Shown here: positions 26,300 through 35,821 of the stretch, piece after piece
Layout of the letters: each line of letters starts with the position of its first letter
How positions within the stretch are numbered: position 1 is the stretch's first letter
IMG/VR virus record: IMGVR_UViG_3300048080_000210
Span: 1-60,032 of that record
Strand: one strand, 5' to 3'
Length of the DNA: 60,032 nucleotides
DNA from: a virus
Taxonomy: Duplodnaviria; Caudoviricetes
Position numbers and translations under genes: made by a program
Notes under the pieces: model-generated
What the model was told of the DNA's origin: nothing
What the model saw: the letters and a program-made list of their open reading frames with translations, nothing else
The model's database searches: none

Positions 26300-27966
26300 G
26301 GCACTAGCCCCGGCGTCACCTCGAAGCACTCCATCACGGCGACCACCGCCTCGGCACCACGGCGCAGCGTGCGGCTCTGGCTCCGAATCATGAACTTCCG
26401 AGACTCCGCGGCGAGCTCGAAAACGTCGTCCGGCTCGAGCACGAGGTCGACTAGCATGGTGACCGCGCGCAGGTTCGCCTTCGCCACCTCGCGGCGCAAG
26501 ACGTTCATGGCGGCGGTGTCCGCTACCGCCTGCGTCTGAATGAGGTGGTTGGAAATGTCGAGCACGTTGGCGTCGTCATTGGTCAGCCCTTGCACCTCGG
26601 CGGTCGCGACGATCTCCTGGAAGACGTACTCGAAGGGTTCGCCTTCGATGAGGTAGTGCCCGCGTCCGATCTGAGCCATGAGCATGAGGGCAACGGAGAG
26701 CGAAGAAGCCGCGACAATATCCTGGGCGGGGATGGTGAAGCCGCCGCCACCTCCAAAGGACACCACCACCACCACACGCGGGATGGCTTGCAGAGCCACG
26801 TAGATGCCAGTGAGGAAGACTACGACGTAGGGCGCGAAGCCCGTCCCGACGGTGATCTCTCCAGAGACCGAACCTTCCGGGCTCTTCGGTTCCTCCGTGT
26901 AGTTTTCGGTCGCGCCGAAGTCGAGCAGCCCACCGTTGACGGAGCGCAGCACCTTCATGCGCGTGTTCTGGGCCAGCTTCGTCTCGTCTTCGCTCCACGT
27001 CACCCGGATCTCCTCGTCGCGAGCGAAGAAGCCGGTGGTGATGTTGACCTCGGCGAGCTTCTGGAAAGGCTGGGTGATTTTGGTGAGCGTCGCCGAGAGC
27101 CCGCGCACCGTCACCCGGTTCTTCGCCTTGATCCGGTGCTTCGGCCGTTCGATGTCCTGGATCAGGTCGGAGTCCGCGTAGCTGCGCGCGGGCGCCTTGG
27201 TGATGATCCCGGAAGTCTGGGCCAGCTTGCCCGCACCCGTGAAGCGAGGCATGAAGCCGTCCGGGAACATGAGGTGCGCGAGCGCCACGAGGGGTGGCTC
27301 CTCCACGAATTGGGTCGAGTGGTGGCCCGTCACCTGCGCGCCCCAGCCCCCCAGGAGGATCTCGGAGGAGTCCAGCGCCATGTCGTTCTGCGCGATCGAC
27401 GTGGCGATGCTCAGGAGGGTGGCCCCGAGTCCGAACGTGTCGGAGGTAACAGGGAACCGCAGGAACCGGGCCGTGCGGTCCACCGCGTCCATCGTGATCT
27501 CGGAGGCGCGCGCCACGCGGCCGCGCTTCACGCCGGCCTGGCCCACGAGCTCGCCGGTGAAGGTCGTGACCCAATCGGCCTCGGCCACCCTCGCGTCGCC
27601 TTCGATGATGCGCACGACGTTGCCGTCGCGGAGCCATCGCCCGTCGCCCGTCGGAGCGACGAGCGTCAAGAGCGGGTCGAACTTGCCCTGTGGATCTTCG
27701 ATCGTGAGGGAGAGCGTCGAGGCTGCCACGCCGTCGCCGTTGAAGTCTCCGGCCACTTCCTCGAGCACCGCCGAGAGCACGTCCTTCGTGAAGTCGCGCG
27801 GACCTGTGAGCGCCAGGAGCGCATCGCCGCGCACCACGTTGTTGATCGTGTCCGTGGTGCTCCGCACGTCGTAGACGAGGATTTTCCACGCCGGCTGGCG
27901 GCGCTCGTCGAGCATCGCCGCGTTGAGGGTGGGCGTCAGGAGTCGCACGTCGCTAGACCTTGGCAA
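26296..27966 (-). CDS. Tail hub/tip protein
   Basis: STLSLTIED...FTG...NRVTVRG...LEPDDVF hub-like pattern. Confidence 0.65.
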   Translation of the reverse strand: MPRSSDVRLLTPTLNAAMLDERRQPAWKILVYDVRSTTDTINNVVRGDALLALTGPRDFTKDVLSAVLEEVAGDFNGDGVAASTLSLTIEDPQGKFDPLLTLVAPTGDGRWLRDGNVVRIIEGDARVAEADWVTTFTGELVGQAGVKRGRVARASEITMDAVDRTARFLRFPVTSDTFGLGATLLSIATSIAQNDMALDSSEILLGGWGAQVTGHHSTQFVEEPPLVALAHLMFPDGFMPRFTGAGKLAQTSGIITKAPARSYADSDLIQDIERPKHRIKAKNRVTVRGLSATLTKITQPFQKLAEVNITTGFFARDEEIRVTWSEDETKLAQNTRMKVLRSVNGGLLDFGATENYTEEPKSPEGSVSGEITVGTGFAPYVVVFLTGIYVALQAIPRVVVVVSFGGGGGFTIPAQDIVAASSLSVALMLMAQIGRGHYLIEGEPFEYVFQEIVATAEVQGLTNDDANVLDISNHLIQTQAVADTAAMNVLRREVAKANLRAVTMLVDLVLEPDDVFELAAESRKFMIRSQSRTLRRGAEAVVAVMECFEVTPGLVP

Positions 27967-28573
27967 CGATCCGCATCGTAAGCTCCACAGTCTTCGGCAC
28001 GAGCCCGGTGCGCAGGGCGTTGAGCGGGTCGAGCGGAGCCTCGTAGGTGCCGCCGTCGAACTTCCCGCCTTGGGCCAGGAGCTCGGTCGATTGGATAGCC
28101 GCGTCGCCGCCGGCCGTCAGGCTGAGCAGCTCCACCTTGTAGACGATCGTGCCTTGGTCGCGCGGTTCCCATTGGACGTAGACGGGGTTGCTCACGGAAA
28201 GGTCGGGCGGGTTGAGCCACAGGTTGTAGAGCTGGCGGAAGAAGAAGGAGGGCATCGCTGCCTTTGCGCCTTCACCGATCCACCGTTCGGTAACAATCAC
28301 GTCCTCGAGCGTCTCCTCGAAGCGAACCACGCGGGTGCTCGTGAGCGTCTTGAGGGCCATCGCGTCCGGGCGGGGCAGCGGCTCGAGGTCGAAGTTGTCG
28401 GTTTCGTCGGGGTTGGCGAAGTAGGTCACCGGGACGATCGCCGTATCCGGGTGGGTCAGTCGCCGCTTCGCGGCCGGGGTCGCCGGCGAACCGATGCCCA
28501 GGAGCGTGACGCCGAGTGCCGCGCTCACCGGCGAGCCGGCGAAGATCGAGTATATCCGAGAGGCGGTCGGCAC
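27953..28573 (-). CDS. Distal-tail-like minor tail protein
   Basis: Size and position before the hub. Confidence 0.5.
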   Translation of the reverse strand: MPTASRIYSIFAGSPVSAALGVTLLGIGSPATPAAKRRLTHPDTAIVPVTYFANPDETDNFDLEPLPRPDAMALKTLTSTRVVRFEETLEDVIVTERWIGEGAKAAMPSFFFRQLYNLWLNPPDLSVSNPVYVQWEPRDQGTIVYKVELLSLTAGGDAAIQSTELLAQGGKFDGGTYEAPLDPLNALRTGLVPKTVELTMRIVAKV

Positions 28574-29631
28574 TAGATCCCCTTCGCCGTCACCGTCACG
28601 GTAACCCCCACGTCGCCGTCGAGGGTGCTCGAGTGGTACGGGATCGTGTTGCGCCCATCCGCGCCGGTGCGCTCATCGGCCCCCGGGAAGATGGAACCGG
28701 GCCCGGCGAGGGTCCAGCCGATCGGCTGACCCACCACCGGGAGCCCCGTCTCGAGCCCGGTCGCGACGGCCGAGAAGCGGGCGCCGCCCCGGATGAATTG
28801 GAACCGATCGCGGACCACCTGGAGCGCCAGCGTGAAGCCGTCCATGGTCCAGGAGAGCACCGCGGCTCCCGCCGCAGCCCCGCCCTCCACCCCGAGGTGG
28901 ACCACCAGCACCGCCGCTTTCCGTCGCTTCCTCTGGCCCGCCGTCACGGTGCGCCGGACCCACACGCCCCGGTGGGAGTTGTTGCTGAGGTTGGCGCCCG
29001 CGGGGATGGGCTGCATGGAATCGGCGTAGCCGGTCGGCCGGTTGAACGAGCCGCCGCCGGTCGCGAAGGTCGAGAGGTCCGGGGCGTCCGTCTCGAGCGC
29101 GATAGACGGGATGGTCGAGTCCTGGGTGTCGTCGGCGGCGAGCTCGACGCCCGCACCCCCGCCGTCGAGCCCGGAGAAGTAGAGCTTCCCCGTGGTGATG
29201 ATGGCGCCGCTTTCGTTTCGCACGTAGAGGCACCGATGGTCCACGTGGCCCAGCGCGCACTGCGACGCGCTCACGTCGTCGAACAGGTTGTTCTCGTGGT
29301 GGAGTCGGTACGTGTCGCCGAGCGTGCCGAGCGCGGGCGTCCCTTCGACCAGCACGAACTCGCCCGTGCCTGAGTTGTAGGAGAGCACCTCGGCCACCAC
29401 GAGCGCGTTCGCGCCGGTCGCGAAGAGCACGAGGTCGCCGGCGACCACACCCGAAACGCCCGTCGCGCCCAGGAACCGCTGCCGGCTCGTCTGGGTCGCT
29501 GTGAGGGTGCCCTGGTGGTAGTGAAGCTGCCCGCCCGCCGCCGTGGAGCGCGCGCCGCCCAGCGCCGCGTTCGGGTCCGTGTTGCCCGCGCCGCCCGAGA
29601 GGTAGAAGAAGTGCTGGGCCCCGGTCGCCAT
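28573..29631 (-). CDS. Minor tail protein
   Basis: YLSGGAGNTDPNAALGG...NNLFDDVS...RCLYVRN...VWVRR. Confidence 0.65.
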   Translation of the reverse strand: MATGAQHFFYLSGGAGNTDPNAALGGARSTAAGGQLHYHQGTLTATQTSRQRFLGATGVSGVVAGDLVLFATGANALVVAEVLSYNSGTGEFVLVEGTPALGTLGDTYRLHHENNLFDDVSASQCALGHVDHRCLYVRNESGAIITTGKLYFSGLDGGGAGVELAADDTQDSTIPSIALETDAPDLSTFATGGGSFNRPTGYADSMQPIPAGANLSNNSHRGVWVRRTVTAGQRKRRKAAVLVVHLGVEGGAAAGAAVLSWTMDGFTLALQVVRDRFQFIRGGARFSAVATGLETGLPVVGQPIGWTLAGPGSIFPGADERTGADGRNTIPYHSSTLDGDVGVTVTVTAKGI

Positions 29632-29632
29632 T

Positions 29633-31303
29633 TCACGCGGTCGCCGTCAACTTGTCGAGCTCCCCGACGAGGTTGGCGTTGTCCGGGTAGCGCACCTCCG
29701 TGACCGCCTGCCCGTTCACGTCGCTCTGCGAAGTCGAGATCAGAAGCGTGCCGTGTGGCGGCGTCGCCGGGTCCTGGCGGTGTTCGTAGCTCGCGACCAT
29801 GGTGGTCGCGCCGCTGTGATCCAAGATCCAGGTCAGGAGCCCGGTGCCGAAATTCATGGAGTAATCGACCCCTTCGACCAGCGTCGTGGTGCCGTTCTCC
29901 ACCACCACGAGGGTGGCGATGTCCACCGGGAAGTTGACGAGCTGAGCCGTGCCCGGGAACGTCTTGCTGATCGACTCTCCGAAGGTGGAGACGCGCTCGA
30001 GCGTCCACGTCAGGTTGGCAGCGCCGACCTTCTCGCCGAGTGAGCCGAGGGCCTCCGTCGCGAAGCGGACCGTCTTGAGCGTTTCGGGAGTCGAGAGCGC
30101 GGTCGGAGGTAGCACTTGGGAAAGCGTCGGAGTGCTCGCAATCGTGAGGCCCTGGACGGCTCCCTGGGTGCGCGCGCTCGCCACGGAAGCGGTCGAGCGA
30201 ACATAGAACATCCGCAGCGTGCGGCTCGGCGGGTGGTAAAAGATCGGTTCGCCACCGAAGATGTGATAGAGCCCGGTGGCGTTCGGTGGGCTCTGACTCT
30301 CCGAGAGCTCGAAGCGGGACAGGAGGATCTCCCGCTTGTGCACCCGGTTCGGCACTCCGACGATTCCGAGCGGGTTGAACTCCACGAACTTGGTGTAGAT
30401 GCGTTCGGGCGTGCTTCCGATCGCCGAGTCCTGCGAGAAAACCAGGAAACCCTTGGGCGCCGTAGGCGTTGAATCGTCGTCCGGGACGAATTGCAGATAG
30501 AACAGGTTGACCGTATCGCCGAAGAGCTGCGTCCCTTGGAAAGCGTTGGGCGTCGAGCTGTAGCGCACCGGAACGTGCTTGCCTGCGAGCGCGCCCACTC
30601 CATCGTCGAGCCCGAACACGGTCGCGCGCCCGTCGCTTAGTTTCACCTTGAGCAGGGTGTTCTGGTAGAGGTTGGTGTCCGTGTGGCGGATGCAGCCGAC
30701 CACGAGGATGTAGCCCATGGACTCGAAGAGCACGGCGCCGGAGGCGGTCGTAGTCGAGGGGGCAAGCCCGGTGCTATTCCACCAGCCGACGGTGGCGTTC
30801 ACCCCGTCCACGCCGCCGTCGAAAGCGGTTTTCCGTGCACGAGGTCCGACGAATTGGAACACGTCGTCCACGAGGAGCGCGAGGGTGAGCGGGTTCACCT
30901 CCAGGAACTTGTTGGACCCACCGCCGCCAGGGTCCGGCGCGCGGTAGAGCTTCTGCGTGTTGGCGATGCGATCCCATTCGCCGATGAAGTGGCACATGCC
31001 GCCTGCGGCATCGCCGGCGAAAGCCTGGGAGTTAGGCACCACCCCGTTCAAGAACAGCGGGTCGATGTAGCCCGCCGCTTCCGCCGCCGCGCTCGTCTGC
31101 GTCCGCACGTAGAGCCGGTCGAGCCGGTCGTAGTAGCGGTTGGCAGGCGAACGCGAGTCGGCTCCCTGCCCCGGCGGCCGCCGGATCGGCGGGCCCACCT
31201 GCCAGTTGCTCCCGACGGCCTCGTCGATCAGCCCACCGCCGGTGCCGTTGCCGCTGCCATCGGCGTCGTAGAGATCGCGGATTTTGGTGACGGCCAGGGC
31301 CAC
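29633..31303 (-). CDS. Minor tail/virion protein
   Basis: AGGAGG SD before GTG 31303; LVEGVDY motif. Confidence 0.6.
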   Translation of the reverse strand: MALAVTKIRDLYDADGSGNGTGGGLIDEAVGSNWQVGPPIRRPPGQGADSRSPANRYYDRLDRLYVRTQTSAAAEAAGYIDPLFLNGVVPNSQAFAGDAAGGMCHFIGEWDRIANTQKLYRAPDPGGGGSNKFLEVNPLTLALLVDDVFQFVGPRARKTAFDGGVDGVNATVGWWNSTGLAPSTTTASGAVLFESMGYILVVGCIRHTDTNLYQNTLLKVKLSDGRATVFGLDDGVGALAGKHVPVRYSSTPNAFQGTQLFGDTVNLFYLQFVPDDDSTPTAPKGFLVFSQDSAIGSTPERIYTKFVEFNPLGIVGVPNRVHKREILLSRFELSESQSPPNATGLYHIFGGEPIFYHPPSRTLRMFYVRSTASVASARTQGAVQGLTIASTPTLSQVLPPTALSTPETLKTVRFATEALGSLGEKVGAANLTWTLERVSTFGESISKTFPGTAQLVNFPVDIATLVVVENGTTTLVEGVDYSMNFGTGLLTWILDHSGATTMVASYEHRQDPATPPHGTLLISTSQSDVNGQAVTEVRYPDNANLVGELDKLTATA

Positions 31304-31313
31304 CCGTTCCCTC

Positions 31314-31790
31314 CTATCGGCGGATCTTGTGTCCCGTGCGCCGCTCGAAGGTATCGAAGAGCTGGTCCATGGTGCGCGCCGCAACGTCCACCGCGTCCTG
31401 GGAAGAGTGCTGCCGGGCGGCCGCCTCCATCCGCGCGAGAAGCTGGGTCCCAGCCCCGGCGTTGTGAGCCACGGCCGCGAGCGCGCGCGTCACGTCGAAG
31501 AGCTGGAGCACCATCGCGTAGAGGAGGAGCGGCACCGGATCGCCCTTGGCCGAGAGGTCGGCCAGCCGGATCTCATGGAAGCTGTAGTCGCCGAGTCGGA
31601 TCTCGAGGTGCCCGCGTTCGATGTGCAGCGCGCCCTTCTTCGGCGGTTCCGTCTGCGGAGGGGCGTCGGGCTGAGGCTCCGGCTGCTGCGGCGGTTGCTC
31701 GCTTCGGAGCTCCTCCGGCGGTCGGAGGTCCACCACCACATCGCGCAGCTCCCGGACCTTGCCCTCATCCATCTCCTGGTGCTCCGGCAT
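31314..31790 (-). CDS. Hypothetical protein between the tape measure and tail tip genes
   Basis: AGGAGGAG SD; preceded by a small palindrome at 31820-31837. Confidence 0.6.
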   Translation of the reverse strand: MPEHQEMDEGKVRELRDVVVDLRPPEELRSEQPPQQPEPQPDAPPQTEPPKKGALHIERGHLEIRLGDYSFHEIRLADLSAKGDPVPLLLYAMVLQLFDVTRALAAVAHNAGAGTQLLARMEAAARQHSSQDAVDVAARTMDQLFDTFERRTGHKIRR

Positions 31791-31840
31791 CGCTTTCTCC
31801 TCCTGCGCCCCTCGGGCGCGTCGCGCTCCAGCGCGACTGG

Positions 31841-34051
31841 TTAGCTCAGGCTCGGGGAAGTGGTGGCGGCTAGCTCGGCGGCGGCCGCTTCGACCATCGC
31901 CTTGATCGACGAGGTGACGCCGCCCGCCCCCGTGTCCTCTTGCACGGCGGTCAGGATGCCGCGCAGGATCGTGTTCGTCACCGTCAAGAGCTGGGCGACG
32001 GGTACGAATCCCTGCTCGATGCTCTCGCCCACCTGGAAAATCGGCACGTCCGTAGGCCCCGCCACCACGCCCCGGAGCTCCCGGGTGTCCGTCACCGCCG
32101 ACCGGATCGCCTCGCGGCGCACGTCCACGTCGGTGTCCCGGAGGGCGCCGGCGGCCAGCCCGAGCCCCACGCCCAGCGCCCCGGCGATGGCGCCCTGGAA
32201 CCGTTCACCCGAGGCGCCGAGGGCGTCGGCGAGTTGGTCGAAGATGCCCTCCAGCGCCTTCTCCAGGCCCTTGGTCATGGTGTCGATCGCCGTGTCGAGG
32301 GCCGAGGTCGAGAGCTCCTGGAGCACGTCGGCAAACTCGGGGAGCTCGCCCCGGGCCGCGTCCTTCAGGGCACCCCGGATGCCCGAGGCGAACCCCTGGC
32401 CCACCGCCTCGCCCACGTCGAGCTCCAGGTCCTCCTTGGCGTCCTCGGCCGCCGCCTCCGCCGCGGCGCCACCGGCCCGCAGGATGTCCGCGCGCTCCTC
32501 CACCCCGGTCGCCTCGGCCAGGCGCGCCGCCGTCTGCGCTTTGATGTCGCGGGCCCGCTCGGCGTCGAGCTCGGCGAGCACTCCCAGGGGCCCCTTGAGC
32601 GCGTCGAGGCTTTCCTTTTCGGTGAACCGCGCGTCGGAGATCCGCTGCTCGAGGTCGGCCTGCTGTTGCTTGAGGTCCCGGGTGAGCTCGTTCGCCTTCG
32701 CGCGTCCGGCCTCGTCGAGGTTGAGCTTTTCGAGGTCCTCGATCTGATCGTCGATCGCCTGGATCTGCGCCCGGAGCGGCTCCTCTTGCTCGAGGCGTTC
32801 GATGCGGAGCTGGCGCTCGAGGTCCACGAGGCGCTCGGCGTTGCGCACCCGCTCCTCGGCGCTGCGCTTCTCCGCCTCCTCCGCCTCCTTGCGCGCCCGC
32901 TCCCGCGCCTCGAAGTCCACGGGCGCCGCGTCATCGATGCCGCCCTTGGGTCGCCGCGCGAGCGCCCCCGCTTCGCGGCGGCTGAGCTCCGCCTGGAGGG
33001 TCGCCACCTCCTGGCGCGCTGCCTCGAGCTCGCGCTGGATGCCCGAGCCGGGCGCGCCCGTGGAAAGGCCCAGGCGCTCGAGGAGGCTCGGGCCCTTGCC
33101 CTCGGCTTCCTTCCTCGCCTTGCGGAGGGCCACTTCGAGGTCCTCCACGCGCTCAATCGCCATGCCGAGCTGGACTTCAACCGTCTTGGTCGAGCGGCTC
33201 CCCAGGTCCCGGAACACGTCGAAGAAGAAGGCGGCGCCCTGGGCGGCCTCGGCGAGCGCACCGGAGAAACTGACGAGGAGCGGGGTGGAGCTCAGGAGGG
33301 CCCGCTGGAGGTTCGCCTTCAAGATGCGGCTCAGGAGCTCGAGCTCGTCGGCAGCCGCGCCCGCGTCCCGAACGATCGCCTCGTCGAAGACGACCCCCGC
33401 CTCGCGCGCCCGCTCGCGGAGCCGGTCGAAGGCGTCCGCGCCGGTGAGCGCCACCGTCGCAAGCTGGGCCCCGGCGCCCCGGCCGAAGCCCGCCGCCGAG
33501 AGCGCCAGCGCGTCCTGCTGATTCGCCGCCCCGGAGATCGCTCTGGTCATCAGCCCGAATTGGCGCTCGAGGTCCGTGGTGGTCGTAAGCTGTTGGAGTA
33601 GCTCGGGATTCGTCCGCTTCAGGATCGTGGCGAGCGCGCCTGACCCGGTGCGCGCGTTCCCGATCTGACGCGAGAGGAACTGGAGGGCCGAAGCGAGCCC
33701 CTCATTCGACACGCCCGCACCCGACGCGGCGAATTGGAGCTCCTGGAGGGCGTCGGTGGTCAGGCCCAGCCGGTCGGCCGTCTCGCCGATCCGGTCGAGC
33801 TCCTCCGCGGCCGCGCGTGCCGCCCGGGTCACGCCCCCGACGCCCAGGGCAGCCACGATGGCGCCGAAACCCGTGGCTAGGCCCGCCACAGAGCCCCGCA
33901 GGCGCGTGAATGAGGCGCCGGCGGCAGCCGTGGTCGTCTGGGCCCGTTTCTCGAAGCTGGAGAGCCTACGCTCCGCTGCCGTCAGGCGTTGGCCGAACGC
34001 TTGAGTCTTCGCCTCCAGCTCGACTGCCAGCTCGCCGACGGAGAGCCCCAC
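31841..34051 (-). CDS. Tail tape measure protein
   Basis: VGELAVELEA N-terminus, Ala-rich helical/coiled coil, follows the chaperones. Confidence 0.88.
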   Translation of the reverse strand: MGLSVGELAVELEAKTQAFGQRLTAAERRLSSFEKRAQTTTAAAGASFTRLRGSVAGLATGFGAIVAALGVGGVTRAARAAAEELDRIGETADRLGLTTDALQELQFAASGAGVSNEGLASALQFLSRQIGNARTGSGALATILKRTNPELLQQLTTTTDLERQFGLMTRAISGAANQQDALALSAAGFGRGAGAQLATVALTGADAFDRLRERAREAGVVFDEAIVRDAGAAADELELLSRILKANLQRALLSSTPLLVSFSGALAEAAQGAAFFFDVFRDLGSRSTKTVEVQLGMAIERVEDLEVALRKARKEAEGKGPSLLERLGLSTGAPGSGIQRELEAARQEVATLQAELSRREAGALARRPKGGIDDAAPVDFEARERARKEAEEAEKRSAEERVRNAERLVDLERQLRIERLEQEEPLRAQIQAIDDQIEDLEKLNLDEAGRAKANELTRDLKQQQADLEQRISDARFTEKESLDALKGPLGVLAELDAERARDIKAQTAARLAEATGVEERADILRAGGAAAEAAAEDAKEDLELDVGEAVGQGFASGIRGALKDAARGELPEFADVLQELSTSALDTAIDTMTKGLEKALEGIFDQLADALGASGERFQGAIAGALGVGLGLAAGALRDTDVDVRREAIRSAVTDTRELRGVVAGPTDVPIFQVGESIEQGFVPVAQLLTVTNTILRGILTAVQEDTGAGGVTSSIKAMVEAAAAELAATTSPSLS

Positions 34052-34433
34052 CCTTCACCACCTTCACCTGCCCGGAAGCCACGAGCTCGCGCAGCGACTT
34101 CCGCAGGCCCGTCGGGGTGCCATCGTGCTCCGTTTCGAGCCGCCTCGCAAGCGCCACGAGCGGCTCGCGCTTGCCCGTGAAGCCGACCCGCACCCCCAGC
34201 GCCACCAGATGCCCGAGCGTCACGAGGTCGCGCGCATGGCGCTTCGAGGCGGCCTGGGCGTAGGCGGCTACTTCACCCGCCGAGCACCTCCCGAGGAGGT
34301 CGTCGCGGTCGTAGCCCTGCCCGACGAGGAAGTCGATGGACTCGAGGAGGAGGTCGTCGGCCTCCTCTGGACTGAGGCGGCCATCCGCACCACGAGAAGG
34401 CCCGTCCGGTCGACGAGCCTCGCCAGTTTTCCC
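33966..34433 (-). CDS. Tail assembly chaperone, -1 frameshift extension (GT)
   Basis: G GGA AAA slippery heptamer at 34433-34427 leading into the open -1 frame. Confidence 0.7.
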   Translation of the reverse strand, partial: GKTGEARRPDGPSRGADGRLSPEEADDLLLESIDFLVGQGYDRDDLLGRCSAGEVAAYAQAASKRHARDLVTLGHLVALGVRVGFTGKREPLVALARRLETEHDGTPTGLRKSLRELVASGQVKVVKGGALRRRAGSRAGGEDSSVRPTPDGSGA

Positions 34434-34813
34434 AACACGCCGCCCTCCTCGCCCCGAATGAGGCACACCTCGAGCACGGCCTCGGTCAGGGTCAGGAGGT
34501 CCTCGAAGGTGAGCGCCTCCATCTGCGCGTCGGAGTAGTCCACGGTGTCGCGGACGATGCCGAAGACTTCCTCGAAGGCTACGTCGAGGAGGTCGGAGGC
34601 GAGCGCGACGCGGCGCGGCGGTTCACCCTCGCCGGCCGCGAGGGCCTCGGCGCGCCGGTGCTCGAGGAGGCGCTCGACGAGCGCGATCACCCGATCCACG
34701 AGCAGCCGCCCCTTGCGGATCGGCCAGGGACGGACGATGACGCGCGCCCCCGAGAGCAGGACCACTTCGCGTTCGGGAAGAATGACGCCCGCGGCGACTC
34801 GATCTTTCGGCAT
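34268..34813 (-). CDS. Tail assembly chaperone (G)
   Basis: Position before the tape measure; contains the slippery site. Confidence 0.75.
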   Translation of the reverse strand: MPKDRVAAGVILPEREVVLLSGARVIVRPWPIRKGRLLVDRVIALVERLLEHRRAEALAAGEGEPPRRVALASDLLDVAFEEVFGIVRDTVDYSDAQMEALTFEDLLTLTEAVLEVCLIRGEEGGVLGKLARLVDRTGLLVVRMAASVQRRPTTSSSSPSTSSSGRATTATTSSGGARRVK

Positions 34814-34841
34814 GGCACCCCCTCGAATGGGGAAGCCTAGC

Positions 34842-35315
34842 CTAGATGCGCACGCGCAGGAAAGCGGCCGTCCCGCGGGCGGTGTCGCCGGCGCCGTCAA
34901 TGTTGGCGTTGTCGAAGAAGCGGATGTCCTGCCCGGCCGCGAGCGCGAAGGGCCCCGGGAAGAACTGGTTGGCCTGGCTGAAGGGCGCGGTACCCCCGAA
35001 GAGCGCGGTGTCCTTCACCAGGCGGCTCTGATAAAACCAGTTGACGCCCTGGCTCGCGGTCTGGTTGAGCACGCCTCCGCTGATCCCGTTCTGCGCGGCG
35101 AACAGCACCACGTCGGAAGCGTCGCGAATCTGATAGGCCAGCGCCCGGTTGCCGGCGTTCGCGCTCGCGATCCAACGCAAGGCGAGCCAGAGCAGGACCC
35201 ACCGCTCGCCGGCCGGCACGGTGAGAGGGGCGGCGGCAATCGCCGTGCCCGTCAGTAGCCCGGTGCTTTCCCGTTCGATGAGCAGCGGCTCTGCGGCGAA
35301 GCGGCCCCACGACAT
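34842..35315 (-). CDS. Virion-like beta-sandwich protein, paralog 2
   Basis: Clear paralog of 35329..35799. Confidence 0.65.
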   Translation of the reverse strand: MSWGRFAAEPLLIERESTGLLTGTAIAAAPLTVPAGERWVLLWLALRWIASANAGNRALAYQIRDASDVVLFAAQNGISGGVLNQTASQGVNWFYQSRLVKDTALFGGTAPFSQANQFFPGPFALAAGQDIRFFDNANIDGAGDTARGTAAFLRVRI

Positions 35316-35328
35316 TGGGTGTCGTCTC

Positions 35329-35799
35329 CTAGAACGTGAACGGCACGAGGCGTTGGATCACCACGAGCCCACGCGCCGAGTCTCCGGCGCCATCGATGTT
35401 CGCACCGTCCAGGAAGCGCACGTCCTCGCCGGCCTTGAGCTCGAGCGGGCCGTGGAAAATCATGTTGGTGCTTAGCAGCCCGCCCGTGTTTCCCCAATTC
35501 CCGATGTCTCGAGGGAGGAGCGACTGGAAAAAGATGTTGATGTGCTGGCTCGCCGTGAGCGCCAGCGAGCTCGAGACTCCGAGGATCACCACGTCGGCCG
35601 CGTCGCGCACCTGCCAAGCCGGCAACCGGTTGCCGACGTTGGCGCTTGCGGAGTAACGCAGGATCGCAGAGAGAAGCAGCCACTTCTGACCGACCGGCAC
35701 CGTGAACGGAGCGGCCGCGATGGCGGTAGCGGTCACGAAGCCCGTGTCGAGGGTTTCGATCAGGAGCGAGTCGGCAGCGTAGCGGCCCCAGGAGGGCAC
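35329..35799 (-). CDS. Virion-like beta-sandwich protein, paralog 1
   Basis: SWGR.AA..LLIE...TVP.G..W...NIDGAGD.ARG shared with its neighbour. Confidence 0.65.
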   Translation of the reverse strand: MPSWGRYAADSLLIETLDTGFVTATAIAAAPFTVPVGQKWLLLSAILRYSASANVGNRLPAWQVRDAADVVILGVSSSLALTASQHINIFFQSLLPRDIGNWGNTGGLLSTNMIFHGPLELKAGEDVRFLDGANIDGAGDSARGLVVIQRLVPFTF

Positions 35800-35821
35800 A
35801 GAGTCTTCCCCTCCTTCGCCC

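Noticed and set aside
31315-31321. GCCGATAG on the minus strand here, and CCCGATAG at about 45402
   Set aside because: These are Arg-stop codon contexts with no TCAAG/TAAAG at the right spacing
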